Positions 12,632 through 25,100 of a stretch of 64,000 nt of DNA are shown here, in pieces (the first letter of the stretch is position 1; each line of letters opens with the position of its first letter). The position numbers and the translations under genes are program-made. Where the stretch lies: positions 124,001-188,000 of the forward strand of contig CDROCS010001086.1 of assembly GCA_977020255.1 (NCBI GenBank), written 5' to 3'. The notes under the pieces are model-generated. The model had not been told where the DNA came from. It did no database searches and worked only from the letters and a program-made list of their open reading frames with translations. This DNA comes from Obrimoposthia wandeli. Its lineage: Eukaryota.

Positions 12632-14762
12632 CAGTTCGTCGCTGTTTGGGGTGCATTTTGCACCCCAGGCACATTTCAAGTGTTATAAACTTGAATTAAT
12701 CAAACTTTGAGAATTTCTGCTTTATGACTTTTTAAGTTAGACCATTCTACACATCATATCGGAAAGTCAAACATTTTGTAAACTATGAGGAAGCTCAGAT
12801 ATATTTTTATATGTACTGTCGTTTGGGGTGCATTTTGCACCCCAAACAAATATAATGCATTCTTGTTTTTCAAATCAGAAATCTGACTCTTTAAATTTAT
12901 TTTAGGTACCGAATATTACTATAGTACTCAACCAATCAATAAGCAATTATTGATTCAACAAGAATGTAGATAGGTATATATTGGCAACTCTCATGAGCAT
13001 TCGAATTAGTTGCATTATTATTTTCAGATTGCATTCAATTATATTTCATTCTCTGAATTTGCAATATGTTGCGTCAACTACCACGGAGACTAGCTCGTAA
13101 TGATGCCAACAGACTATTGTTTGGCCAAGATATTGATGATGACGCCGACTCAATGCATGATTTATCAGAGGATGATGTTGCAAACAATATCGATCAGAAT
13201 CTTCCAAATAATGGTGATGGCGATGCAGCCTCTCCCGTTGCTGATGGAGATGAACAAGCTGATGACTTTCTAGATGAAGAAGTTTTGCGCAATTTGTCAA
13301 GTGGTGAAAGTGACGAAGATGATGATCCACAACAGCAAAGAGGATTGATTTCTCCCAATGGACAAATATGGACATTGAATCAACCGGCAGCAGTGGGAAG
13401 GCAACCAGAGGCTAATATATTCCGTGGTGTCCAAGGATTTCGTCGTGGTTTGCACCCCGAATCACGATTAGAATCTTTTGAAGTATTCTTTGACAGTTCA
13501 GTTGATTGTGCGATAATGTTTACAAACTTGTATGGTCGCAGATTGGCCCGCGAAAAAGGCGTTAAATGGAAGCAAGTGACTGCAAATGAAATGCGAGCAT
13601 TCATTGGACTTCATTTTCTTGCAGGCGCCCTAAAGGCACATCATCGAGTACTGGAGGAAATGTGGTCGATCGTGATGGTCAATCTCTTTTTAGGGCCACC
13701 ATGAGCTGTCAGCGCTTCAAACAACTGAAGCAAGCATTACGCTTTGACGATCCCATAATGAGGGATAGGGAGGATCCCCTGGCTCCCATTCGTACAATTG
13801 TGCAATATGTGAATGGCAGTCTGGTCTATGCTTATTCGTCAGGCCCATTCATTACTGTTGATGAGCAACTGGTAGAATTCCATGGCAGAGTTCGTTTAAG
13901 ACGTTATATACCTACAAAACCAGGCAAATTTGGTATAGAAATGTACTGGTCCGTGGATGCAGACAACAGTTTCCCACTGCGGTGTTTAGTATACATTGGT
14001 GAGAAGACACTTTTGAGACAAGAGAAAGAAGACTCCCCATCAATTCCGGAAGCCGTCGTCTGGAACATTGCTCGTCCCTTGTTGAACGAAGGAAGGAACA
14101 TCACAGGAGATAATTACTTCTCATCTCTTCACCTATGCCAGAGATTGTTGGAACGGCAGACTACATATGTCGGCACAATGCGACAGAATAAGCGAGAGAA
14201 TCCACCATTAGCAAAGACAACAACTTGACGACACAGGGGTGATAGCATTCACTACTACACTGATGATGCCACTCTTTGCTCCTTTTGTGACAAGGGCAAA
14301 AACCCAGTTTTACTAATTTCAACCCAACATAAAACCCAACAAAATCACCCTGATAGAAAACCAGAAATCGTGATCTTCTATAACAGTACTAAAGCCGGTG
14401 TGGACACCCTTAATAAATTGAATAGGACATTCTCATCGAAGCGCAAGTGTTGCCGGTGGCCTTACTCGATCTTCTTTTCGTTAGCAGATAATGTGTGCTA
14501 TGCTGCCCTGTTGTTATGGAATTCGTCCGAGGTCAACAACGATTCACATTATGCATTCAAAAGAGAGCTGGCATATGAATTGTGTACACCACTGATTCGA
14601 CAAAGATCCACTATCCCCAACCGCCGTAAGACCATCAAAACGGCAATTGAACGTCTTGGTTTACAACCTCCTATGGTGCCACTCACTCGTCAACAAGCAG
14701 TTCGCACTCAGGGAAGGTGCTACATGTTCCCGAGAGGTCCAGACGCAAACAACGGAAAATAG
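12632..14762 (+). mobile_element. piggyBac (PGBD4-like) transposon; left end present, right end not found
   Basis: TTAA at 12628-12631 is followed by CAGTTCGTCGCTGTTTGGGGTGCATTTTGCACCCC. The palindromic motif GGGGTGCA-TTT-TGCACCCC occurs at 12648-12666 and again at 12825-12843. The transposase pseudogene follows. Confidence 0.85.
13066..14762 (+). pseudogene. piggyBac DDD transposase with one frameshift (~13665-13690), one nonsense codon (TGA 14226-14228) and a truncated C-terminal Cys-rich domain
   Basis: Motifs FRATMSCQRFKQLKQALRFDD, ITVDEQLVEFHGR, YIPTKPGKFGI, ITGDNYFSS, TTYVGTMRQNKRE, YNSTKAGVDTLNK. The frame continues in register from 14229 into ORF 14370. It ends QGRCYMFPRGPDANNGK* without the remaining cysteines. 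Confidence 0.93.
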
Positions 14763-14787
14763 GTTTATATGTACAACATAGCATGGG

Positions 14788-15267
14788 GAATCCGTTTCAG
14801 AAAACCGTTTTTACCACACTGATCATCTTCTGGGTTTTCTAGGGTTAGGTTGTTCCTTTTTGTGACCTGTGTGCAGTGTAGGACTAAAAACACCTGCAAA
14901 ATATATCAAATTTAGTTGTCGTTTTAACGAGCGTGTAGCCCGTATCTGATATAGTCTAGAACTCAGTTTGACACAATTTAAAAATCCGAAAGCAGTGTCT
15001 TAAATTCCTTTTGAAAAGCAATGTGCACATGTACCACTTAGTGCAAATTACACGCCTAATTTTTCACCCAGGCACTTATTAATATTTTTTACCTGAATTC
15101 CTAGAGTAGTATACAACATGACACGGAGAATCCATTTCTGTAAACCGTTTTTATCACACTGATCATCATCTTTGTTATTTAGGGTTAGGTTGTTCCTTTT
15201 TGTGACATGTGTGCAGTGTAGGCCTAAAGACCCCTGAAAAATATACCAATTTTAGTTGTCGTTAAAA
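14788..15267 (+). repeat. Two ~140-bp imperfect direct repeats (14788-14927 and 15128-15267; 340-bp offset)
   Basis: Both copies share AAACCGTTTTTAxCACACTGATCATC...TAGGGTTAGGTTGTTCCTTTTTGTGACxTGTGTGCAGTGTAGG...TTTAGTTGTCGTT. Confidence 0.9.
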
Positions 15268-17479
15268 CCTTTTTAAACCAAAATAGAAAAATAAATGTTT
15301 ACACTTCCATTTTGCCAAAGGCTGTACTAGTTGGCTAACAAAATCATAAAATCACTGCTTTTATTATGTTGCAATTGTTGAATATGACTTTAATTTATCA
15401 TGATTGGGAAGTAAACAATTTGGTCCATATAAATAAAACCGCTTTCACCACAAGACACTTTTTTCCCCGTTTTACTTACATACTATCCAATTTTAATAAT
15501 CTCTTTTAAGCTTTAGTTAGAAATATTTGTTAGTGAATTTAGCTGTATTTCCAATTTCTTATTCGATTTGAGAAACCTTTGCATTGTAAACCTTTGCATT
15601 GTAAATCTTGGTTATTTTAATGTGATTACCTATTTGTAATTACCAATTTCTACAAATAAATTGATTGAAACACGTTTTTTTCAAATTGTCTTTTGGCTGT
15701 AACCTTGACTTTGTTCCGTGTTTCATATATATAGTTTTTGGGGTTGATTTTCAAAAATGTCTTGCTGGTTGTTTGGAAATATTTAATTTTTTATTCTCTT
15801 GTCAACATTTCTTTCTTTTTTTGAAAACATCCCTTTAAATTTTAAATATAAAAATTATAAAGTGTTAAAAAACTTCCATCATATTGATATTTTAAAGAAA
15901 AATAATTTTGAAATAATTTATAAACAAATAAAACTGATTAAATTCTAAAATCTTTTTTTGTGGTGTTGAAAAAACTTTAATGGTTGCACATGTAATGAGA
16001 AATAATTAGACTTGAATGCATATGTTAATACTATCTCTACCGGCTTGCCAAATTCACTCCGTATTGAATTTGAAAATGATTTATGATTTCTTAGAAATGT
16101 TAAGAATTTAAATTATGTGTAAATATCTTCTTTCGTGTTCTTTTTATCAATTGATTTAAACATATTACTTTATTGTATACTTTTTTGATTTTTAAATGTA
16201 GCAAATAAACAATTACCGACAATCTTTTGGTCATTCGATCCACCTAAAGTCACCAATTCATATGTATGTCGACAATTAAAATGCTTACGGCGTCCTGGAA
16301 AAACTGAAAAATAAATAAACATTATTTATATCAATTTCACATCAAACACAGAGACCAAACAAAAATAATCAATATAATTGAAATAAATCATAAACATAGA
16401 AAAAAGTAAAACCTTAGTGTTCTTCCTTGACTACAAGAAAATATGTGTCAGTCAGTCCAGCAAAAAATGTATCAAATAACTCACGCTTCTTCTCTAAAAT
16501 AAATATATATTTGTAAAAGAATTAATAAAAATTACCGAAAGATCTTCTTCCTAAAGAAATTAAAATAACGCTTTTAAATTTTCACAATATAAGTTTCAAT
16601 ATAAAATAAAATTTTAGGTCTTTGATGTAAATTCAAAAATTAGATGCAAAATTAATATCACAATGCAGTTTAAAATAAAATTTTCTTACAAATAACTAAG
16701 TGTAACAAAATTTCACAAATGTTTTGTTTAGGCCATAACTTGGATGTTACAATTACAATTTTGAGTCACTGATCACTTTTCTGGCATATTTTTAATTTCA
16801 TTTTAAAAATCTTGTGTAATTTGTGAGATTTTAAATTTTGTTGTAGTTTTTTTTTCAAAGACAAATGGAACTGTTTTCTAATTAAAAAATGTTTTCTAGT
16901 AGTAAAAAATAATGCACGAAGAAAACATTTTACATTCATAAACTAATAAGGTCATCTTTGATGCGATGTAACGAAAACCAAAAATGTAAATAATAGAGAA
17001 AGTTTTAAAATTTTCAGTTTAATACATTTCAGTTATTTACGTTTTTAAAAATAAAAATAAATGTAATTTAACGTTTATAAGACGTCATAATAATAAATAA
17101 ACATGCGAATTAAATATTTCAAACTTTTTAGAAAACCTGAAAAACTATTACTAAAAATGTAATTGAAACCTAAATAAAAAATTAATAAGAACCAAACTTT
17201 TCAATCACATTCAAGTACCTTTTGTCTAAATTTTGAAATAACTTATGTATAACATGAGGTTCTACATTGTTCGACTATTTTATTTCACGATTTTTCTTAT
17301 GCAAAAACTGAGAATTTTCTACATATATTCCATGATATTGAAGATCAAGAGATCTGGAAAGCCATTTCAATATTTGTCTGCCTTTGGAAGAAGTCAACAA
17401 CCCCTTTGGCTATGTGAGGCCCTGTATTGTCATGTGATATGTGTAAGTTGGGTCTAACGTATTGTTAAGAAGTGGTAAA

Positions 17480-17960
17480 ATGAATATATCCACAGTTGAA
17501 TATTTATTACAATTCAAGGTGCTATTTAAAGTTAAAAGACCTCCTTCACAAATACTCACAAATATCTTATACATATTTCATCTTCTTCGTCTAATTCCCA
17601 GCTCAAGAAATTGTCAGGACTGTCTAATGAAAATCTGGCTTCATCACTGTATACGACACTGGCAAAAATTGTGCGTTGCGTAAACCTATTCTAATCTTTG
17701 TCAACCGGTCTTTGTTTTGATTTTCAGACAATTTAATTTTCATTCCTAAGTTGCATAATACAAACGACTTAATTTCTTTAAGTACTTTTAGGAGGGTTCT
17801 GAGTGATACATTTTCTAAAATAATATTTTCATTTTTGACAGTGTTGTTTTATTAAATTTTTTGAACTTCTCTATACTTTTTATAAAATGACCAACATAAG
17901 TTTTAGTATTATATTGTTTTTGTCGACCTGGAACTTTCCCTATCACTTTTTATTTAGTTT
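17480..17960 (-). pseudogene. Tc1-like transposase remnant
   Basis: The minus strand at ~17600-17660 reads SVVYSDEARFSLDSPD (Tc1 VxFSDExRFxLxGPD). GKVPGRQK at ~17915-17940 resembles the HTH linker. Confidence 0.6.
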
Positions 17961-18602
17961 TATAAATTTTGGGACTTCTAAGTTCTTATAAATTTCAGTT
18001 ATTGTTTTTACACCATCTATTTCTTGGCGAAAGATACTTTATTGAATCACGAACAAGTTTTCCTTTGAAATATTCTTCTAAAATAGTATAACTGAGAACT
18101 AACTGAGTACTATAAACAAATTTAGAAATTATATTTATTCGATAATGCAAAATTTTTAATTCGTGGGTTTTAAAATATAATCCTACGAAACATTATTTAA
18201 AGTTATAATTTCTTATTAAAAAGCACATCAAATTATTTGATATAAATGCAAATTGTTTCTTAAATTATGTACTTTTATATTATATATCTGACTTTAATAA
18301 ATAATTACTCATAAGCAAATCTTTAAAATGTTTACTATATACAAATTACCATTTCTATAATTAGAAGATTATAATATCAAGAATTTTCAAATTCATGGAA
18401 AATTTAAACTCTTCTATTTCCTGTATAGCACATGAACTACATGAAACTTCTCCTTTAAATATGAAGGATAGTTTGAAAATTTGATGTTTCAAGATATGTA
18501 TTTATTTGTATTTTTATTTATTTTTATTTATTAAAAACCCAAATTAAATATGTATAACCTAATATTCATAATGTCTGTTATTCTTCTAAAAATGAATTTG
18601 GT

Positions 18603-18791
18603 GTGTCACTTTCAAACAAGGCAGAAATAAGTGATGTAATCAGGCACTTAGTTAAAATTAAGTCAAATACAGAACTCCTTGCATCCCGATTGAAACAACG
18701 GAATCTATTAGATAGTATCTGCAAGATGTCATCCTACCGACTAGGACAAAAGTTACGTTCAATGTTGAATCTGTGCTATTGTTCGCTGTAG
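18603..18791 (+). pseudogene. Short DNA-transposase remnant, possibly CMC/Chapaev-3-like
   Basis: AEISDVIRHL...TELLASRLKQRNLL...SYR resembles the ELNDLxRDL...AELLASRLKEKNLL...YR motif I recall from that family (unverified). Confidence 0.4.
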
Positions 18792-18875
18792 ATCAGTTCT
18801 ATTATGTTGTCAAAAAAATTAAAAGTTTTACAATTAGATCATAACTTTTATTTAGACTAGTTTTTAGAAAAAAAT

Positions 18876-19380
18876 TATAACTTGTGAAGAAGTACAATAA
18901 TAAAAGCCATTCATATCAGTAGTATGCAGCGGATGAATCACCACAAACAATTCCAAGACCAACATTCCACTAAAAAAGTTATGGAAACTATTTGATGGTT
19001 TATGACTGATATTATTTCACAAAAGCTTTTTAAAGGCTGGTGAAACAATTAATTCAGACTTATATTAAAACAAAATTGATATATATCATCAAAATGTATT
19101 TTTAAAACCAAGTTTAGCTAATAGAAAATGACCAATATTGTTTCACGATAATGCCAAACCCCATGGATTGATTCGAACATTGGATAAATTAAGGAACTTC
19201 AAGTATGAAGTTCTTCTATTTCTTCCATACTCATCGAACTTGATCCCAATAAATTTTAATTTTTTCATGCGTTTATCGTCATTTCTGAAAGACATGAAAT
19301 TTGATAAAATAGAAAGTATAAAGTAGGAGATATGCAACTTCTTTAAATCTAGAAATCAAGACTTTTTTGACTCAAAAATG
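18876..19380 (+). pseudogene. mariner transposase remnant (C-terminal catalytic half)
   Basis: ITCEE, KAGETINSDLY, ILFHDNAKPH and PYSSNLIPINF correspond to mariner ITGDEKW, GxTINSxxY, HDNARPH and YSPDLAPxDY. Confidence 0.85.
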
Positions 19381-20264
19381 TAAGAAAAATATAGAATCAT
19401 AAGGGTCTTATTTTGAAAAATAGATGTTTCAAGATGTGTATTAATTTTTTTTTTTAATTTATTTAAACACAAATTAAATATGTAAATCCTAATATTCACA
19501 ATAGTGATATCTATCCAACCTTTCATGTTCCTCATTTTGTGTATCTAAAGGTGGATTAAATTAATGTAAAACCTCGTATGGAAAAGAAAAACTTTATCGT
19601 ATTGCAATGACATGTGTCTTCTTCAAAATTATTTCTACTTGAATTGCAGATATGTTTTGCCATGATTTATGCCTTTCGTGTTTATGGGAAAGTAGAGCAA
19701 TTGCTGAACACTATTTGAGAAATGAGTGACTTGTGGGATGGTTGTCTTCTTAATATTTGTTTTCGTTTTATTATATAATTAACGAGTTTTAATAATTAAG
19801 TGCAATAATTAAAAGAATCTGTAAATTTTAACAGAAGATAAACAATTTTATATTTTTGCCTATTTAATTGAAAAAAACTGCTATACATAATAATGTAAAA
19901 ATAATCAGTATTAACAAATAATCAGTAGAAACAATTAAATTCTAAATATCAACAGATTTATTTTTCTGAACAGAAAAAGAAAAAAAAATATATATATATA
20001 TATAATAGAAACATACTTTTGACCCTATCGATAGCTAAACAAAAATTGTCGTCAGGTAAGCTTCAATATTTACAGACACTATAAAAAAACTATAATTTTA
20101 ACAATTATTTCACTGTTAGTTAGCTGTAATATAATAAATAAAATTGTTCTAATTTACCAAGAAATTTTTGTACTGAAACACACAAAATAACGAAAAAGAT
20201 TATGAAATACATAATAGTTCATTTAAATGTTTTATGTCTGAAATGTCATACGGAAAATACACAA

Positions 20265-22193
20265 CAGTGGTTCCCAAACATTTTTTGACTACCACCCAAA
20301 ATTCTAAAGAAATTTCTTCGTGCCCGTAATATATAGAAAACAATAAAAGCGTTATATTTGTAACATTTTAAATTTTATTTCACAGGACTTTAGGATGCTA
20401 CTGAAATTTTGTAAATAGCCGGTAATATCTTGGTCAGATACTTTCGGACAGTGCAAATCGTAATTGAAAACTTGACTCAGAGATATATGTCATTGTGAAA
20501 GGAAGTATTTTTTTCACGCGTGAGAAAATTAAGATATTATAAAAAAAATGTGTGAATTGATAAATTGCTCTTGAAATCCATATATGTTTTCTTCAAAGTT
20601 GTTTACGCTAAATTTCAAAAATATTTTTATATAACTGATTTTGAAAGTCACATTGTATAGGTTCATTAACAATAACAAAAATATATTAAAATAGCGCTAT
20701 AATCTAATAAATCAAACATTTATTACTCAAGAGCACTTTCTGTTTTCTAAAATTCTTCAAAATATTTTCTGAACAGTGAAGTATGTCGCTGCTTCATAAA
20801 TTTAAATTTTTTTAATATTATATAAAGTAGATTGGTGCATGGATTCGGAGCATAAATTTCAAATATTCCACTGTTCTGTTTGTTATTCATTGTTTTGTCG
20901 AAAATGATTGAAAGAATATATGTGCATATATGTGCGTATCTATGTTAATTTTCAAAAAATCAGAAATCCGAAACAAATTATTTGTATCAAGTTCGGATTA
21001 TCGAGGGTTGTCTGTATTACAACAATTGATTGTTAAGATCAAGAAACATACAGTGGATTTAAAAACTAATTAAAATCTCTTAAATTTATAGTCCTGACCA
21101 AGGACATATTCAGGACTTTGAAATAAAACTAAAATTACAAAATTACAAAATTAAAATTACAAAAAACAAAAAATTAATCATTGTTAAATTTCTCTAAAAC
21201 GAGTTGATGAAAGTCAGATGACCTCTAGTTTTCTTATCTTATCTTATCTTTTAATAGTCACCTGAGTTGCAGATACACAAGAGATTAAAAGGCTAAATAC
21301 CAAGAGACTGAAACATTAGTCACAAACATACAGTAAAGATTAGTCACAGAATCAGCGAGAAAAAGTCTAATATTATACATTAAAAGACTTAGCACCAGCC
21401 ACAATAAGAAAGCAATTGCTTTGGTGACCAATTATAGCAGCCGATTCTGAAGAATAAAAAAATCAGTAGTAAATAGTCACATATTTAGAAGAACAAAACT
21501 TTGGAAGTTCGCAGGAAAAAAGTGAAATAAATTCATTTATTTTATGCTCAAAATATTTGTGTTTTTTTGAACTAATAATATTTAACGTAACGTCAACCTG
21601 TATCAGTCCTTTTCTTTTTAAAATATAAAAATCATTGACCTATGACGGTCGTAGATTTTCATAAGAAATCGAAAGACCAACTGATAGGATTGACATTGTC
21701 TAGTACACGTTGATTTTTTTTCTCATAGATTTTTGACCGACTGTCGCTTAATTGCATACTTGTTTTATTTGGAAAGGTCTATTTTATTTTTCTTACGTAT
21801 TTATTATATATTTCTTGGAATTTTTCGTATTATTTATTTTGTAAAAACTCCTGATTACAATATCATATTTTAAACTTCTTTGGTTCATTGATTGACTTAA
21901 CCTATTTTGTGAATTTTGAATACATATTTTACTATTTTGAAATTTATAATGTGAGACACCTACTCGCGGTAGAAAAAAACTTTAAAAATGCTAAAAACCT
22001 GTCAACCGGTTAAGGACATATGTGAGACTACCCAGGATAGGACAACACAACTCATATACCCTTGAGAACTCACGAACTAGAAGGTTTCTTAAGGGAAACA
22101 ACTCTAGTCCCAACATAATTGTTGTATGTAAACGCTATCACAGCATAATCGTTTAAAAGACCAATTATACAAGCTCAAGTTTGGGAACCACTG
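20265..22193. mobile_element. hAT-type element delimited by perfect 15-bp TIRs (1,929 bp), non-coding or decayed
   Basis: CAGTGGTTCCCAAAC at 20265-20279 and GTTTGGGAACCACTG at 22179-22193. The 8-bp flanks ATACACAA / TTTAAGAT do not match, so no TSD is retained. Confidence 0.6.
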
Positions 22194-25100
22194 TTTAAGA
22201 TGTTAATATTTCTTCAATATAAGTCAAATTTATAAATGTAAAAATTGTGGAGTTAAAACATTTTTCTTACCCTTGAAGGTGACATTGTCATCTAAATGCA
22301 AAATTTTGAATCTCATCAATTATTTATTCAAATTAATTTACCACTAGAACACGTATGACAACGAAATATTACTTGAAATATGCTTTTGATACAATACATA
22401 TTTTAAAAAGTTTAAAATTTAAATACTCTTTCTAATGGGTTTTAAGGTTCAATCTGAAAGGGCTTGAAAGTCATTTTCAATGATTATACATAAAATTCTA
22501 ATAACCTTTGATTACACATAAAAAACTAATTATTTATTTTTTCCAATGGAATTTTTGAATTGTTGTACAAAAGGGCGTGAAACAGTGTTTGAAGAATTTT
22601 ATTATTCTAACTTCTTGTAGAAACGCTAAAGTAAAGTAACTAAAAATTTAGATAGGCCTATTAATAAATATTAATAAAATATTTTGATTCATTAATGAAT
22701 CATTATGAATAATGTATAGTAAATATGATAACTCATCATATATGTTCTTAATTGTAATATATATACTTTTTTAGTAATCTCTGTTTCACTACATAACTTT
22801 TAAGGTCATATTTGCAAACAAAATAATTATTGGCATATGTAAAATTATAAAACGTAAAAGTTATAATAAGATAAAATCATGAATAAACCCAAGATATTTA
22901 TAAGAAGCCTTCAAAATAAACATCAGATTTTAAATGGAATGTTTTTGCCATTTATTGGTTTATTTATTTCGAAATTTAATCAAAATGTCCGGTTATCTAA
23001 TGATTGTGGATTGTGTAAAAAAGAAACATTAAAAATGAACTTTAACTGCTGCAGGATATACACTGAGTGCAGGTAATTTACCGGAAAATACGGTAGATAA
23101 TTAGTTATAATAGAAATTAAATTAAAATTAAAACAACGCAAACTGTTAAACTGTATGTTAAAGCTATGATTTAAAACGAATGAAAGAGAAATAAATGTTA
23201 TTAAAATGTACCTAATTTATAAGCCCCACTATTATTTCGAAACAATTCAGGTATAAATGAAGTTTTGAATTATTTAAATTTGAGAAAACAGTGTTTCACT
23301 TAGTTCATGAAGCAGTTTAAAAATGTTGGATTGACATTGTTAAGGAAAAAATGCATATTTCTTATTAATTAAAAATAAGTATTAAAAATAAATGAAATTA
23401 CCTTAACGCTCTCCTCTATGGAGTGTGCCATCTGGAAAAAGTCAGTTGAAAATCTTTATTTTAAAAATAAAAAATATGTCTACAATTTGAAATTAAATAA
23501 AAACGTCAAAAGATTTAGTATACCCTCTGTCAATTTACTATGCAAAAATGTCAGATGTAAAAAATAACACTGGCTAATTTGGTGTCGATCAACGATTTCA
23601 TGATATTTAAAATCGATTTAGCATTTGTAGCCGATATTAATAAGTAAAGTTCATGAAAATAATGTTACTATGAAGATGATTTTTGAACTGCTATTTAAAG
23701 AGTCTACTTCAATCACTTATTGATTCATACACTTCTTCAACGGATAATCAACCTTTTAATTCTTTATTCAGGAAAGGAAGCAAAATTGTTAAAAATTAAA
23801 TTATTGGACAAAACTTCATTAATAACTAAGTTTATATTTATAATAGTTATGCTTCAAATAAATTAATTTCAATAAATTTATGATCAAATCAAAGCTTATC
23901 AAACATAACATTGCTGAATATTAAAAAGTTATTTTGATGAAAAGCTAATTTAATGTTAACTATTTAAATTATAATCTTAGCTGCCTTAAAATTTCCCAAA
24001 AAATATTGAAAATTCTTATTTGATACACAATATCGATATCTGTGTGATTAATTGAAAGATTGGTTTGAAATATATTTTTTCAGGAGTTGAATTTGGCTCA
24101 TTTGATTTTCTTGTCTAAATCTATTTTTTTAAGTCAAATTAAAGTAAAATTAGGAAGAAATTAACGGCAAATAAAAATATGTACTTAATAAATAAAAATT
24201 GAATGGTAGATGTGATCTTATAATTATAATTAAAGAATAAAATTCGAAAATCAATTCTTAACATTTGTAAATAACCCAGCTTTATGCGAATACTATTAAT
24301 CGAAATTTAAAGATTCTTGTACAAAAAGATTTCATAAAATTTAAATAAACAAAATATTATCTTATTTATGTTCTTAATTTTCATATATTTATATTCAGTT
24401 ACAAAATGTTTTAAATACTCGATAAATCAAGAATTATTATTTACAGAATGATAACCATTTCAAAAAGCTTATCTGTCTTAAGTTCATCTGTCTACATGAT
24501 AACATTAATTGTCCATTTAAAAATTTACTACACATGATGAATCTCGAGAAAAACTAAAAATCTAACCTTGTTGTACCTCTGAAACGTTGATAAAACATTT
24601 ATGGAAATATAAAAGGTTACTTGGAAAGTCAATGAAGCCCGAAAAGGAATTTTCATAAAGGGTTCCTACAATGAATATAAGATAAAATAAATACAATTAC
24701 TTGAAATCAACAAATTTAGCATTGGGATGATACTACGGGAAATGTAAATGGCATAATTTTTTGATACTTATAAGTAGTTACAATTTTTATTAGCTATAAA
24801 AGTTGTAAATAGTTAATTTGCAAATGTTCCTTGAAAGATTCTACAGCTCTAAAATTGTTTCCAAAAATCGCTAAATTATAAAATATAATTAAAAGAGAAA
24901 AAAAACATTTAAGGTTGCAAAAGTGTTCTACAGCTATAAGATTAAAATTCAAAATATCATTTAAAAACTTCTAGTTACATTTTTTATAGTTTTATAAAGT
25001 TGTATATATTTGTAAAAATAATTTCTTTCTCCATACAGTTCTACTTGTATTAAATTTTGTAAAAAATATCAATATTATTATTTATAATAGTTAATTACAT

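Noticed and set aside
13046-14104. Minus-strand ORFs 13046..13375, 13380..13604 and 13904..14104 (His-rich)
   Set aside because: They are antisense shadows of the piggyBac transposase; the His runs mirror GAT/GAT Asp codons.
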